DNA from: an uncultured Bacteroides sp.
Lineage (GTDB): Bacteria > Bacteroidota > Bacteroidia > Bacteroidales > Muribaculaceae
Direction of reading: 5' to 3'
Assembly (NCBI GenBank): GCA_964508865.1
Contig: CAZDVP010000001.1
Span: 626 to 64,625, forward strand
DNA length: 64,000 nucleotides
Below, in pieces: positions 8,092-16,189 of this stretch; position 1 is the first letter of the stretch; the number at the start of each line of letters is the position of its first letter. The position numbers were made by a program, and so were the translations under genes. The notes beneath the pieces were generated by a model, which was given only the letters and a program-made list of their open reading frames with translations, was not told the origin of the DNA and did no database searches.

Positions 8092-8544
8092 TTAGAACCA
8101 GTCCTTTCTGAGGATGAAGGATTTGTCAGTTCCCTGATAGAACCAGTCCTTTGCGAAGAGTTCTTCCGGATTGAACGATCCGTTCAGAAGTGAAAGGAGA
8201 ATGAAGACCTCCAGTTCGGCCTGAGCGACATCTCTTGACTTGGGGTTGTTGAGGGCATCGTGGCCGCACTCCTTTATGAGTTCCGACACTGACAATGCTT
8301 TGAATTTTGCAGTTCGCTCTTTGGCCATTGATGATTTAGTCGGTCGGCTGTACTTGTATGTGTCATACAGATTTTCAACCTCATCCAGCCAAACATCTAA
8401 ATCCGGATGCACAGGGATTCCATACGGTGTTTTGGTTAGATCCACCACCTTTCCGTCGATTATTAGACTTCGTTTCTTGAAGTCTACCCGAAAGCGAGAA
8501 CCTTTGCTCACTTTCTCAATTACATTTTCGTATATTGTGCTCAT
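8092..8544 (-). CDS. hypothetical protein
   Basis: 150-aa ORF with no recognisable motif. Confidence 0.6.
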   Translation of the reverse strand: MSTIYENVIEKVSKGSRFRVDFKKRSLIIDGKVVDLTKTPYGIPVHPDLDVWLDEVENLYDTYKYSRPTKSSMAKERTAKFKALSVSELIKECGHDALNNPKSRDVAQAELEVFILLSLLNGSFNPEELFAKDWFYQGTDKSFILRKDWF

Positions 8545-8604
8545 TGTTAAGAAGTTTTCAAATTAGTTGCTCATCCCGTCGTCACATAAATTTAATTCTT
8601 CCAT

Positions 8605-8699
8605 GATATACCGGCTGAGGTCAGGTCCCGAAGTGTGCAGGACTCGAAAGTCATTCGAGTCGAAACACTTCGTGTCCCTGAGTTGAAAGCCGGTAGATC
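8605..8699 (+). ncRNA. structured module B1 (long interrupted hairpin)
   Basis: Stems GAT.TACCGGCT/AGCCGGTA.ATC, TCAGG/CCTGA, CGAAGTGT/ACACTTCG and GACTCGAA-agtca-TTCGAGTC. A CATAAA box lies 14 nt upstream. Confidence 0.4.
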
Positions 8700-8785
8700 T
8701 AAATAGTCGGGCCTTGCAACTGTTTAGGCTGTGCTACCGTTTGGACTTTCGCACTGGATTGTACGTCACTGTAAATTTGCCAATT

Positions 8786-8874
8786 CATACTGTAGGAGCA
8801 AGCTCCGGCGGCTGAAGGCTTCCAGGAAGTAAGTCCTGGAAGGCGGGGCCGAGGAGCTGGATTGCAACAGTATG
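8786..8874 (+). ncRNA. structured module B2 (long interrupted hairpin)
   Basis: Stems CATACTGT/ACAGTATG, AGCTCC/GGAGCT and GGCTTCCAGGA/TCCTGGAAGGC. It is preceded by TAAATTTG (an exact TAnnTTTG match) and TTCATA. Confidence 0.4.
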
Positions 8875-8957
8875 ACTAAAGTTTCCAGTCTTGATAGCCC
8901 TCTTCGTATGTTCTTGATTTCTCATAGTTTGTAACGCATTTATATAATCTTGTAAAT

Positions 8958-9014
8958 CTATTACCTGTAAGACCACGGTAATATCTCCCACTACCTGTGT
9001 ATTACAGGTAATAG
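8958..9014 (+). ncRNA. structured module B3
   Basis: An 11-bp stem CTATTACCTGT/ACAGGTAATAG, or alternatively two sub-hairpins. It is preceded by TATATAATCTTGT. Confidence 0.3.
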
Positions 9015-9110
9015 TAAAAAGGGAAACTCTTTGAAATCAAGTGCTGCATTGCATAACATTGATTGTTAATGGTGTCACAAACATGGCGCATTGATATAAT
9101 CTGTTCATAG

Positions 9111-9188
9111 GATCCAGTTTAAGAACTTCTGAAGGGCTGGTAGTCATCCAGCCATTCAGAAGTATCTCAGTACACGGCGAACTGGATC
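9111..9188 (+). ncRNA. structured module B4 (paralog of A1)
   Basis: Stems GATCCAGTT/AACTGGATC, ACTTCTGAA/TTCAGAAGT and GGCTGG-tagtcat-CCAGCC. It shares GATCCAG-N8-CTTCTGAA with A1 and is preceded by GATATAATCTGTTCATA. Confidence 0.45.
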
Positions 9189-9290
9189 TTAAATTGAAGT
9201 TTGCCCTCACCATTGTTCATGCGCTTGATAAAGATGGTTCAATTTACGGACTTGGCACGTTGCTGAAATCATCTCATGTGGCCACGAGAA

Positions 9291-9354
9291 GTCTGAATCG
9301 ACGGGACTTGGAACGCCGACAGCAATCGGCGTGGAACGTCCCGTCGATTTGGAT
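9291..9354 (+). ncRNA. structured module B5 (could double as RT terminator)
   Basis: A 12-bp stem AATCGACGGGAC/GTCCCGTCGATT and a 7-bp stem ACGCCGA/TCGGCGT. The outer extension GTCTG/TTGGA(T) needs G.U pairs that work only on the plus strand. Confidence 0.35.
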
Positions 9355-9401
9355 TATTCTCGTGTACCTAAATGTGTCCGTCTCATCTGAACCTGTCGTG
9401 C

Positions 9402-10721
9402 TTAAATATCTCTGACAATTGAATCGTAAAGGTCACGGCCATACAAGAGATTGTTTCTCATACACCCAAGAGAATAAAAGCCTTCGATACGTTCTCCAGT
9501 CTTTTCTCTTAAAGTGCGAATCTTTCGACCCTTACCACGAGCAATGCAACCCTCTTTGCTGGTCTTTACCCAACCGAGACCGCCGATGTCGTTCATGCCT
9601 ACTGATTTCCCAACCTTCACTGCCCTCAGACAGTCAAGTACAAATCCGTTCAATGTGTCAATGTCAGACTTTACATTGATAGTCTTCAGAACACCGGTAG
9701 CCCAGGAGTATTGTCCGTCTCCATAATAGAGCCAAGACTGAACTGAGTGCAAAGCAGTCTGGAATTTGATACCAGTTCGTATTTTTGAGATAGTACGTGA
9801 TGTAACCTCCTTGACGAATGATTTTATTCGATTACTGCTCAGACTGATATTGGCTCCCTTGATTGAGAAGCCGAGGAACTTGAACCAATGGTCATTGTCT
9901 ATGTACTCGACCTTTTTGGGATTGAGTCTCATATCCATTTCCTCCAGTGTTGAAACCAAGACCTCCATTGCTTTCTCATATTCCTTTCCGATGAATAAAA
10001 TGTCATCTGAATACCGGACATAATACCCTCCAGCCTTGCCTCCGTAATTATCGTTAATGACCTTATCGAGGTGGTAAAGAATCGTATCGGCCAACCAGGA
10101 GGCAACAGCGCACCCTTGTTTAAGGCTCTGATAGTGTGTCACCTCTTCTTTAAGTTCGCTGTCATAGAAGAGGTCGAGGTGGTAATACTCCCGGACAATA
10201 TCAATTATTAGGGATTTCCCATATACTTTTTCAATAGCGTCAAACTTAGAGTCAATGTAGCGAATAGGAACCGAGTCAAAATATTTACTCAGGTCGGCTT
10301 TCCATCCGATTATATTATGAGAGACCCCACTTAACTTGTCAATCATCTGACTGGCGTGGGTCACGATTTTGGCACACCCAATTCCTTTTTGATAAGATGT
10401 ACACTGAGGGTGAATCCAACCTCCAGTGGAAGCGGTGAGATCAAAAAGTAGATCGTTGACGATAGAGAGAAACACCCTGTCTCTATCGTTGTTGATGAAT
10501 ACAGTGCGAAACTCGCCCGGAACATCTTTGGGGATTTTGGCGGTGTGAGGACGTTCAATATGATAATTGCCGGACACAATCTCTGCCAGCAAATTCTTAC
10601 GCCCATTGGGAGACATAAGGTCTCTAAGCACCGCCTGACTGATTCCTTTGAAAGCCCCTTTGTTGAGAGCATCCTCCCAACGTTTCTTTTCAAAGAACAT
10701 TTCTAATATCTTGTCTTCCAT
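9402..10721 (-). CDS. reverse transcriptase, non-DGR type (class unassigned)
   Basis: 439 aa with RT motifs IPKDVPGEFRTVF, KADLSKYFDSV, LKQGCAVASWLAD, YVRYSDDILFIG (YxDD), LNPKK and FKFLGFSI. It lacks the DGR-type [LIV]GxxxSQ signature. Confidence 0.85.
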   Translation of the reverse strand: MEDKILEMFFEKKRWEDALNKGAFKGISQAVLRDLMSPNGRKNLLAEIVSGNYHIERPHTAKIPKDVPGEFRTVFINNDRDRVFLSIVNDLLFDLTASTGGWIHPQCTSYQKGIGCAKIVTHASQMIDKLSGVSHNIIGWKADLSKYFDSVPIRYIDSKFDAIEKVYGKSLIIDIVREYYHLDLFYDSELKEEVTHYQSLKQGCAVASWLADTILYHLDKVINDNYGGKAGGYYVRYSDDILFIGKEYEKAMEVLVSTLEEMDMRLNPKKVEYIDNDHWFKFLGFSIKGANISLSSNRIKSFVKEVTSRTISKIRTGIKFQTALHSVQSWLYYGDGQYSWATGVLKTINVKSDIDTLNGFVLDCLRAVKVGKSVGMNDIGGLGWVKTSKEGCIARGKGRKIRTLREKTGERIEGFYSLGCMRNNLLYGRDLYDSIVRDI

Positions 10722-10722
10722 A

Positions 10723-10944
10723 TTAGCCTAATACTAAATAATTATTGATTGCGTCTTCTTCTGATACTCCGAATGGAAGTGGCAACATACCTTCATCTTC
10801 TCCCATTTTTGTGAAAAGTTGAAATAATTCGTGAGTACCATTTGCTTCATCGTCAGAAGTAATGAGGATTTTCTTGTCTCCATAACCGACTTTTACAAGA
10901 CGAGCCGATTCCTCAGCAAGTTGCTTAATCGTGATTGCTTCCAT
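10723..10944 (-). CDS. small acidic hypothetical protein
   Basis: 73 aa. Its stop lies 1 nt from the RT start, so translational coupling is likely. It is not Avd-like, being acidic rather than basic. Confidence 0.55.
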   Translation of the reverse strand: MEAITIKQLAEESARLVKVGYGDKKILITSDDEANGTHELFQLFTKMGEDEGMLPLPFGVSEEDAINNYLVLG

Positions 10945-10985
10945 TGTGAAATTGAGTATCGTTCATAATTCAATTTGGTATATTA

Positions 10986-11009
10986 GCCGGGCCAGAAAAC
11001 TGGCCCGGC
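10986..11009 (-). promoter_or_regulatory. GC-rich hairpin 3' of VR2 (DGR target-recognition-type element and/or terminator)
   Basis: A 10-bp stem gccgggccag/ctggcccggc with a 4-nt loop (TTTT on the gene strand), 34 nt after the end of VR2. Confidence 0.6.
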
Positions 11010-11031
11010 AGTAAAGAATGAAGAATGAGGA

Positions 11032-11715
11032 TTAAGCCTCACACGCTACAGAGGGACGAACCGTATAGTTGGTATACTTGTTGAAGTAGTTGCCCGTGAT
11101 ACCAGTACCGAAATACACGTACCAGGAGTCGTAGCTACTGTACTCGCTACTCGACCAATGGTTCCCAGCTTGGAGTTCGTCACCACCAGCAGCAACTAAT
11201 GCCTTGTTGACTTCATTGATGAAGAGGAGGATGAGGTGCAGCTGGGCCACACTGGGGATGTACTCGTTGTCCTTCAAACCAATCTTGGGATTGAGATAAG
11301 GACGAAGACGAGCGGTGTTGCCTTCACCATCCCAGTCTGCCATAGCAGCGTTGAATGATTTACGGTATGCTTCCGGGGTTTCGGAACACTCTTTGTCCTC
11401 GTCGATGAGAGCCACATCGTTGCCGTTTGCAGCATCATGGAGGGCAACTGTGGCCACATGGCCCATAGCCTTGACTGCGACACCTACGATTGCCTCCTTT
11501 TTGACGAGACCGATGTTCTCAACTGGCATCAGAGTCTTGTCGGTCATCACATAGTAGATGCCATCACTGGTGGGCTTTACGTTGATGTTCATTGTAGAGG
11601 TGGGTTTGTCGCTTTCAAGCACAAAGTCACACACCTCTTTTGCCTTGTTTACGTCGAAACCGACGGCACCGACTACTGCGGCGCGAAACTCTTGGATTTC
11701 TGTAAGATTTCCCAT
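11032..11715 (-). CDS. DGR target protein 2 (DUF1566/C-type-lectin-like variable C-terminus)
   Basis: 227 aa with C-terminus GNHWSSSEYSSYDSWYVYFGTGITGNYFNKYTNYTVRPSVACEA. This stretch is encoded by VR2, which matches the TR at 62075..62201. Confidence 0.85.
   Translation of the reverse strand: MGNLTEIQEFRAAVVGAVGFDVNKAKEVCDFVLESDKPTSTMNINVKPTSDGIYYVMTDKTLMPVENIGLVKKEAIVGVAVKAMGHVATVALHDAANGNDVALIDEDKECSETPEAYRKSFNAAMADWDGEGNTARLRPYLNPKIGLKDNEYIPSVAQLHLILLFINEVNKALVAAGGDELQAGNHWSSSEYSSYDSWYVYFGTGITGNYFNKYTNYTVRPSVACEA
11044..11170 (-). repeat. DGR variable repeat VR2
   Basis: Hand alignment of 127 nt against TR 62075..62201 gives 14 differences, and every one is at an adenine of the TR. Confidence 0.9.
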
Positions 11716-11731
11716 TTTGTTAATTGTTTTA

Positions 11732-13378
11732 TTATGCGGTTAATTGAAGTTGGTTAGCGATATATTCCATCTCAGAGTAAGCGATGGAGTGGCACCCTGC
11801 GGTGAGGATGTCATTGCGATAAGAAGTGATCGTCCAGTGATCGTCAACTGCACGGCAAATTTCACGAGTGAACTCGGCAGCGTTTTCATGCCATCTCTTG
11901 ACAAGAGACCATAGACGTTTACATTCTTCGATAGTGATTTTGATGCCCTTAGAGGTTTCTACGATAGCACCCTTGATGCGGAGTAAAACATTGCCTCCAT
12001 AGAAGACACTGGGGCTTCCTGTGTTGTAGAGTTTGAAACCTTCGTGATACAACTGACGGACACCTTCCGGGGTCTTTTTCAGTTCGTCGATGTATTCTCG
12101 CTTAGATGCTTCAAGTTCTTCGTAACGTCTCCGTTCTTCTTCGACCTCTCTCCAGTGCTGATCCCAATGAGCACGAGCTTCTTCATGCTGGCGTGTCTCT
12201 TCCTGGAAGCCTTCCAGAACCTCTTGACGCTTGTTGATGACCCACTGACGCTGCTGTTCGAGCGGAAGAGAACAATATGTCTGATACTCTTCATAAGTCA
12301 GACGTTTTTCTCTGTGCCATGAGCAGAAGTGGAAAACGGTGCCGTTGAAGTTGAAGGAAGTTGGCAGATTGTTACGGAATGGACTGAGAGAATCATGTGG
12401 CATCCAGCCTCTCATTCCCAGATGTTTCTCCAGCCGCTCTTTCGCTTTCTCACAAGCAACTTGACGAGCTGCTACTAAGTTAGCGGTGTAGGCTGATTTA
12501 ACATTGGTCTGGCGAAGATTGTACAGCCATTGTATGTAATCACCCTTCTTTTTGTGCTGAGTGATAGATTTCTTGTTGATTGGGTTGTCGGTCACAACTG
12601 GAGAAACCATTCCATGAACAGTCGGCCTTACCATTTCTCCCCTCCAGCCTGGACCCTTAACAAATACCAATGAGCGGAGGCGGCGAGTCTTCTCTGCGTT
12701 TTTCAGAGGCTCGATGCGTTTTTGATAATCGGCCCATGTACCCTCTCCGTTAACCATGTCAACGATAGCCTCAATCGGATCGTTGTCAAGCATCATCTGG
12801 AGGAATTTGCGAACTCGCTTATCTACCTGCTTGTAGGTGCAGTTAATACTCCGCATATATGGAATATGCGTCCTGAAGTCATCGAACTTCATTCGGAGAA
12901 GTTTCTTGACAGTCATGCACCCAGTGACGTTAAACCAGCGGACCATTTCCTCATAACCCTTACGAGAGAAAGGGTGACTGAGAGCATTGCAATCGGGAAC
13001 GAGTAGACAATGACTGTATTCCTCCATCAGGTATCTCATTCCGAACTCTATCAAAGCCTTATTGCGTTGTTCTTTAGTCTGTCCGTGATAGAAGGAGATA
13101 ATACGATACGAACCTCTTTCGTGGCCTTTGAAATTGAATATCTCCTTAGCTATGTCGTTGGGAATCGCGCTTCTGACCCAACCTTGATGGCCAGAGGTCG
13201 TATTGCTGTAACTTGCAGTGTCCAGCAGAAATAGTACCTTGCCGTTGATCTCAATTCGCTGTCCGATGCAGGTGCTGTATGAATATATACAGCCATCATC
13301 GTGACTCATGTGAGACGAGTTGTGCGCCTTGTCGAGATTGTGCGCCCAAGCATGGGCAACCGATGAATAATCACTCAT
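11732..13378 (-). CDS. hypothetical protein
   Basis: 548-aa ORF. The N-terminus reads AHAWAHN...SYSTCIG...SNTTSGHQGW and the centre is a charged coiled-coil. I cannot name a family with confidence. Confidence 0.65.
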   Translation of the reverse strand: MSDYSSVAHAWAHNLDKAHNSSHMSHDDGCIYSYSTCIGQRIEINGKVLFLLDTASYSNTTSGHQGWVRSAIPNDIAKEIFNFKGHERGSYRIISFYHGQTKEQRNKALIEFGMRYLMEEYSHCLLVPDCNALSHPFSRKGYEEMVRWFNVTGCMTVKKLLRMKFDDFRTHIPYMRSINCTYKQVDKRVRKFLQMMLDNDPIEAIVDMVNGEGTWADYQKRIEPLKNAEKTRRLRSLVFVKGPGWRGEMVRPTVHGMVSPVVTDNPINKKSITQHKKKGDYIQWLYNLRQTNVKSAYTANLVAARQVACEKAKERLEKHLGMRGWMPHDSLSPFRNNLPTSFNFNGTVFHFCSWHREKRLTYEEYQTYCSLPLEQQRQWVINKRQEVLEGFQEETRQHEEARAHWDQHWREVEEERRRYEELEASKREYIDELKKTPEGVRQLYHEGFKLYNTGSPSVFYGGNVLLRIKGAIVETSKGIKITIEECKRLWSLVKRWHENAAEFTREICRAVDDHWTITSYRNDILTAGCHSIAYSEMEYIANQLQLTA

Positions 13379-13526
13379 TTTGTATGCTGTTGTTTTGTTG
13401 TTGTGTTTACGAATAGTGAAATTGCATCTGTGTGGAGTGAAAAGTTGTCCAAAAAAATGAAAGGAACCACGATTTAGGTATCGTAGTCCCTTTCATTGGC
13501 GGACAAATCAGCAAACCGCCACACAG

Positions 13527-13766
13527 CTACAAAATGTTATTGTCTTCTTCAGGAATGATGAACACATCGAGATAACCCTCCGCGTCTTCAATCCCTTGGA
13601 TATATGCTTTGCGTTCCGCTTCTGTTTCAAACTCTCGCACCATCAGTCCTTCCTCACGAACTTCTTCAATAAATTCGCGTTTCGCCTCTTCGGTGCCGTC
13701 TTCGTACCAGACTCTAATTGCTGGCTTGTAAAGGTTGGCACCTCCAATAGTCGCCACCTTATACAT
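13527..13766 (-). CDS. hypothetical protein
   Basis: The likely start is MYKVATIGG at 13766; the alternative is MTKKRM at 13781. The track ORF extends into the upstream gene. Confidence 0.5.
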   Translation of the reverse strand: MYKVATIGGANLYKPAIRVWYEDGTEEAKREFIEEVREEGLMVREFETEAERKAYIQGIEDAEGYLDVFIIPEEDNNIL

Positions 13767-14343
13767 CCTCTTCTTCGTCATCGTCGATCTTTTTAGGGAT
13801 TTCAAGATGGTCTGCGATGATTTCAAGGTCAATCCAGAACCCGTTCTCAACATAAGCGTCACCGAGTCGTCGGGCAACCTGGCGCATCTGAGCATCGGTT
13901 ACATTGGATGTATCATAACCCTTCGCTTCGAGATCTTCACGAGAAACACTGGCGATTTCAAAGAACTCCTGCGGCAGAGAAACATCGGACACTTCCTCAG
14001 TTTCTGGAATTTCATCCATAAGAAAATCCAGATGAGCAACGAAAGCGTCATAGGGATCGAACTCAGCAATGTCACCGGAATCGTCGTTGTAACGGCCAAC
14101 TATAGTGACTCCGCCGTCTTCATTTACAGACGCTTGGTAGACTATGACATCCACCGGTCCACTGTCAAGGTTGAAACCGATACACGGTATATTATCGCTT
14201 TCTTCGATTTCGTCATCGTCATTATCGGCATCGGGGTTCTTCCATGTGTATGAACCACCATGCGCTTTAAGAGCAGCAGCCAGCTCTCTTATACTCTTTT
14301 CTTTGATTTCACGAGCTTGCTTATAATAATCAGTATGTTTCAT
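13759..14343 (-). CDS. hypothetical acidic protein
   Basis: The likely start is MKHTDYYKQ at 14343, immediately after the stop of 14348..14569. Confidence 0.55.
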   Translation of the reverse strand: MKHTDYYKQAREIKEKSIRELAAALKAHGGSYTWKNPDADNDDDEIEESDNIPCIGFNLDSGPVDVIVYQASVNEDGGVTIVGRYNDDSGDIAEFDPYDAFVAHLDFLMDEIPETEEVSDVSLPQEFFEIASVSREDLEAKGYDTSNVTDAQMRQVARRLGDAYVENGFWIDLEIIADHLEIPKKIDDDEEEDV

Positions 14344-14347
14344 TTGC

Positions 14348-14569
14348 TTAATATATTGATAGTTGTAGGATTTTACACCAAGTTTTAATTGAGGCATCCC
14401 AGTATCTATGCCGAACTTCATCTTCAGTGATCCGTAATCGGACCGCTGCGATTTTGACAAGTTCGACATAGATCTGTATGGGAGGCCAATAATCAGCAAA
14501 ATGGTGTTCTTTTAAGAATTGTAGAGGACAGATAACATCAATCCTCGAAACATGGAGAGAGAATCCCAT
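14348..14569 (-). CDS. hypothetical protein
   Basis: 73 aa. Its ATG overlaps the upstream TAA (TAATG), which suggests coupling. Confidence 0.45.
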   Translation of the reverse strand: MGFSLHVSRIDVICPLQFLKEHHFADYWPPIQIYVELVKIAAVRLRITEDEVRHRYWDASIKTWCKILQLSIY

Positions 14570-14949
14570 TAGTCAATTTTCCATGAGTTGTCCTGCAATG
14601 CCGCATACTCTTCTGGGGAGAGGAGAATCAGAGGCATATACATATTTCCGTCAGACTGGAATCCACCCTTGTTGATATTCCCTTCGCTCTTGACGAAATT
14701 GCCTTTCATCTCGTAGAGGATAGCGTTCACAGCATCAAGCAGTCTTTCGTTGATTCGGATAACTCGTGTGCAAGAGCAAGAGAAGTCATCATCTGTGAAC
14801 TCAACGCCGTCATACTCTTGGAATATGGTTTCATCGGAAACAATTTCGTCAGAACTTGCCATATCTCCCCAGGACGGATTACCATTCTCGCATAAGTAGC
14901 GTTGCTTCAACTCTATGAGTTGGTCACGCTGGAGTTCGTGTACATTCAT
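14569..14949 (-). CDS. hypothetical protein
   Basis: 126-aa ORF with overlapping start and stop junctions. Confidence 0.55.
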   Translation of the reverse strand: MNVHELQRDQLIELKQRYLCENGNPSWGDMASSDEIVSDETIFQEYDGVEFTDDDFSCSCTRVIRINERLLDAVNAILYEMKGNFVKSEGNINKGGFQSDGNMYMPLILLSPEEYAALQDNSWKID

Positions 14950-15656
14950 TGCAGATGACGTTTTGTGTTAATACGATTGATCAGTCTCTGGCGATTATTA
15001 GAATCAAGAGATTTGAAGAATTGAGGGAAAGCGTCGCTATTGCCCTCAGACATTTGCAGGTATCGTTCCCAAAAATGGGATAGATGTTCTTCCGGGAACA
15101 CTTCTTTACATTCGTTTTCGTTCCAATCGAATCGAATGTAGTCTAATATGCCAGAAATATAGTACCCGGTTTTCGGCAGGTCACGAGGTTCGCCCTCTTT
15201 ACGAGCTGCACATTCGAGGTCGGTTTCGACCATCACATAACTACGATGAGTCCCCAGGTCAGTAGCACACCACACCCAGCAGTCGAGCTTGGGGGAGTAT
15301 GCAAAGGCAAAGTCTGTGAAGTGCTTGCACATATAGTCCACTTCTTCTTCGGTCATATTGGTGATGAAGAACTGGTAGAAGTCGTAATCGGGGTATTCGT
15401 CTTCATCTTCTTCTTTCTCCCACTCGTGACCGCAATCGTGACAGTAGTAGGAACCGTCACCATCGTTATCAACGTCATCGCTACCACACTCCGGGCATAC
15501 GACATCTTCTTCCACTTCTTTGCCTAATGTTGACCATCGAACATCATCAAAGAGTTCTTCGTCAATCTTCGGAAGGTCGTTGCAAAGCACATAGTCTTTG
15601 CCAAGCCAGTCAAGTGCGGTTGCTTTGTTTGTTAGATATAATTTCTTTTCTTCCAT
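14946..15656 (-). CDS. hypothetical protein with zinc ribbon
   Basis: 236 aa with CPECGSDD...YYCHDCGHEW. Confidence 0.6.
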   Translation of the reverse strand: MEEKKLYLTNKATALDWLGKDYVLCNDLPKIDEELFDDVRWSTLGKEVEEDVVCPECGSDDVDNDGDGSYYCHDCGHEWEKEEDEDEYPDYDFYQFFITNMTEEEVDYMCKHFTDFAFAYSPKLDCWVWCATDLGTHRSYVMVETDLECAARKEGEPRDLPKTGYYISGILDYIRFDWNENECKEVFPEEHLSHFWERYLQMSEGNSDAFPQFFKSLDSNNRQRLINRINTKRHLQ

Positions 15657-15675
15657 TTTGCTAATTTTATTGTTA

Positions 15676-15906
15676 TTATGGTTCGTAGAAGTCTACGGTC
15701 GTAGTGTTACAGGCTTTTCCCCAAAGGGGCCTGTGAGTAAACGATTCATCGTTGTGATACTCACAAACATATCCCCTGGGGAAATTGTCGTGTAGCCATT
15801 CGTCCATCTCTTCAATTTCCTCTTCGGAGAGACCGGACGGATCACCATATTCCAGATACGGTATGGCCCATGTTGGCACCTGTTCGGTGGTGATTAACTG
15901 AGGCAT
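15676..15906 (-). CDS. hypothetical protein
   Basis: The likely start is MPQLITTEQ at 15906, next to the stop of 15908..16189. Confidence 0.5.
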   Translation of the reverse strand: MPQLITTEQVPTWAIPYLEYGDPSGLSEEEIEEMDEWLHDNFPRGYVCEYHNDESFTHRPLWGKACNTTTVDFYEP

Positions 15907-15907
15907 A

Positions 15908-16189
15908 TCAGAGTTCAAATATTTGTACACCTTTGTCTCGCACGGCTTGGCAGTAATAACCACCAGCACAGTTCTGACTGCAACTCAGATTATAGAATGA
16001 CTTGGGCAATTCGCCACAGTTAATCAGTTCACACAACGCCTCTGATTGAAACCCTCTCATTGACCCAGTATTACCTTTGCGAGTGGCTACGAGTCGCGGT
16101 TTATTGTTTTTCACTCGATAGATATTCAAAGTGAAGTTAGAACAATAACTTGCTCTCGTGTACTTTACGGTGAATATGTAAGTTTTCAT
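15908..16189 (-). CDS. hypothetical protein
   Basis: 93-aa ORF in the operon. Confidence 0.5.
   Translation of the reverse strand: MKTYIFTVKYTRASYCSNFTLNIYRVKNNKPRLVATRKGNTGSMRGFQSEALCELINCGELPKSFYNLSCSQNCAGGYYCQAVRDKGVQIFEL

Noticed and set aside
9296-9349. Module B5 as nothing more than the RT terminator
   Set aside because: I did not fully reject this. It lies 50 nt after the RT stop and could terminate minus-strand transcription. However, it has no T-run on the minus strand, and its outer extension pairs only through plus-strand G.U pairs. I therefore kept it as a low-confidence member of the module family.
8560-10944. Group II intron or classical retron around the 9402..10721 RT
   Set aside because: The RT start is tightly coupled to an upstream protein gene, which leaves no room for intron domains I-III or for an msr-msd unit upstream. 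I saw no domain V-like AGC...GNRA hairpin downstream. The hairpin modules appear to lie on the opposite strand.
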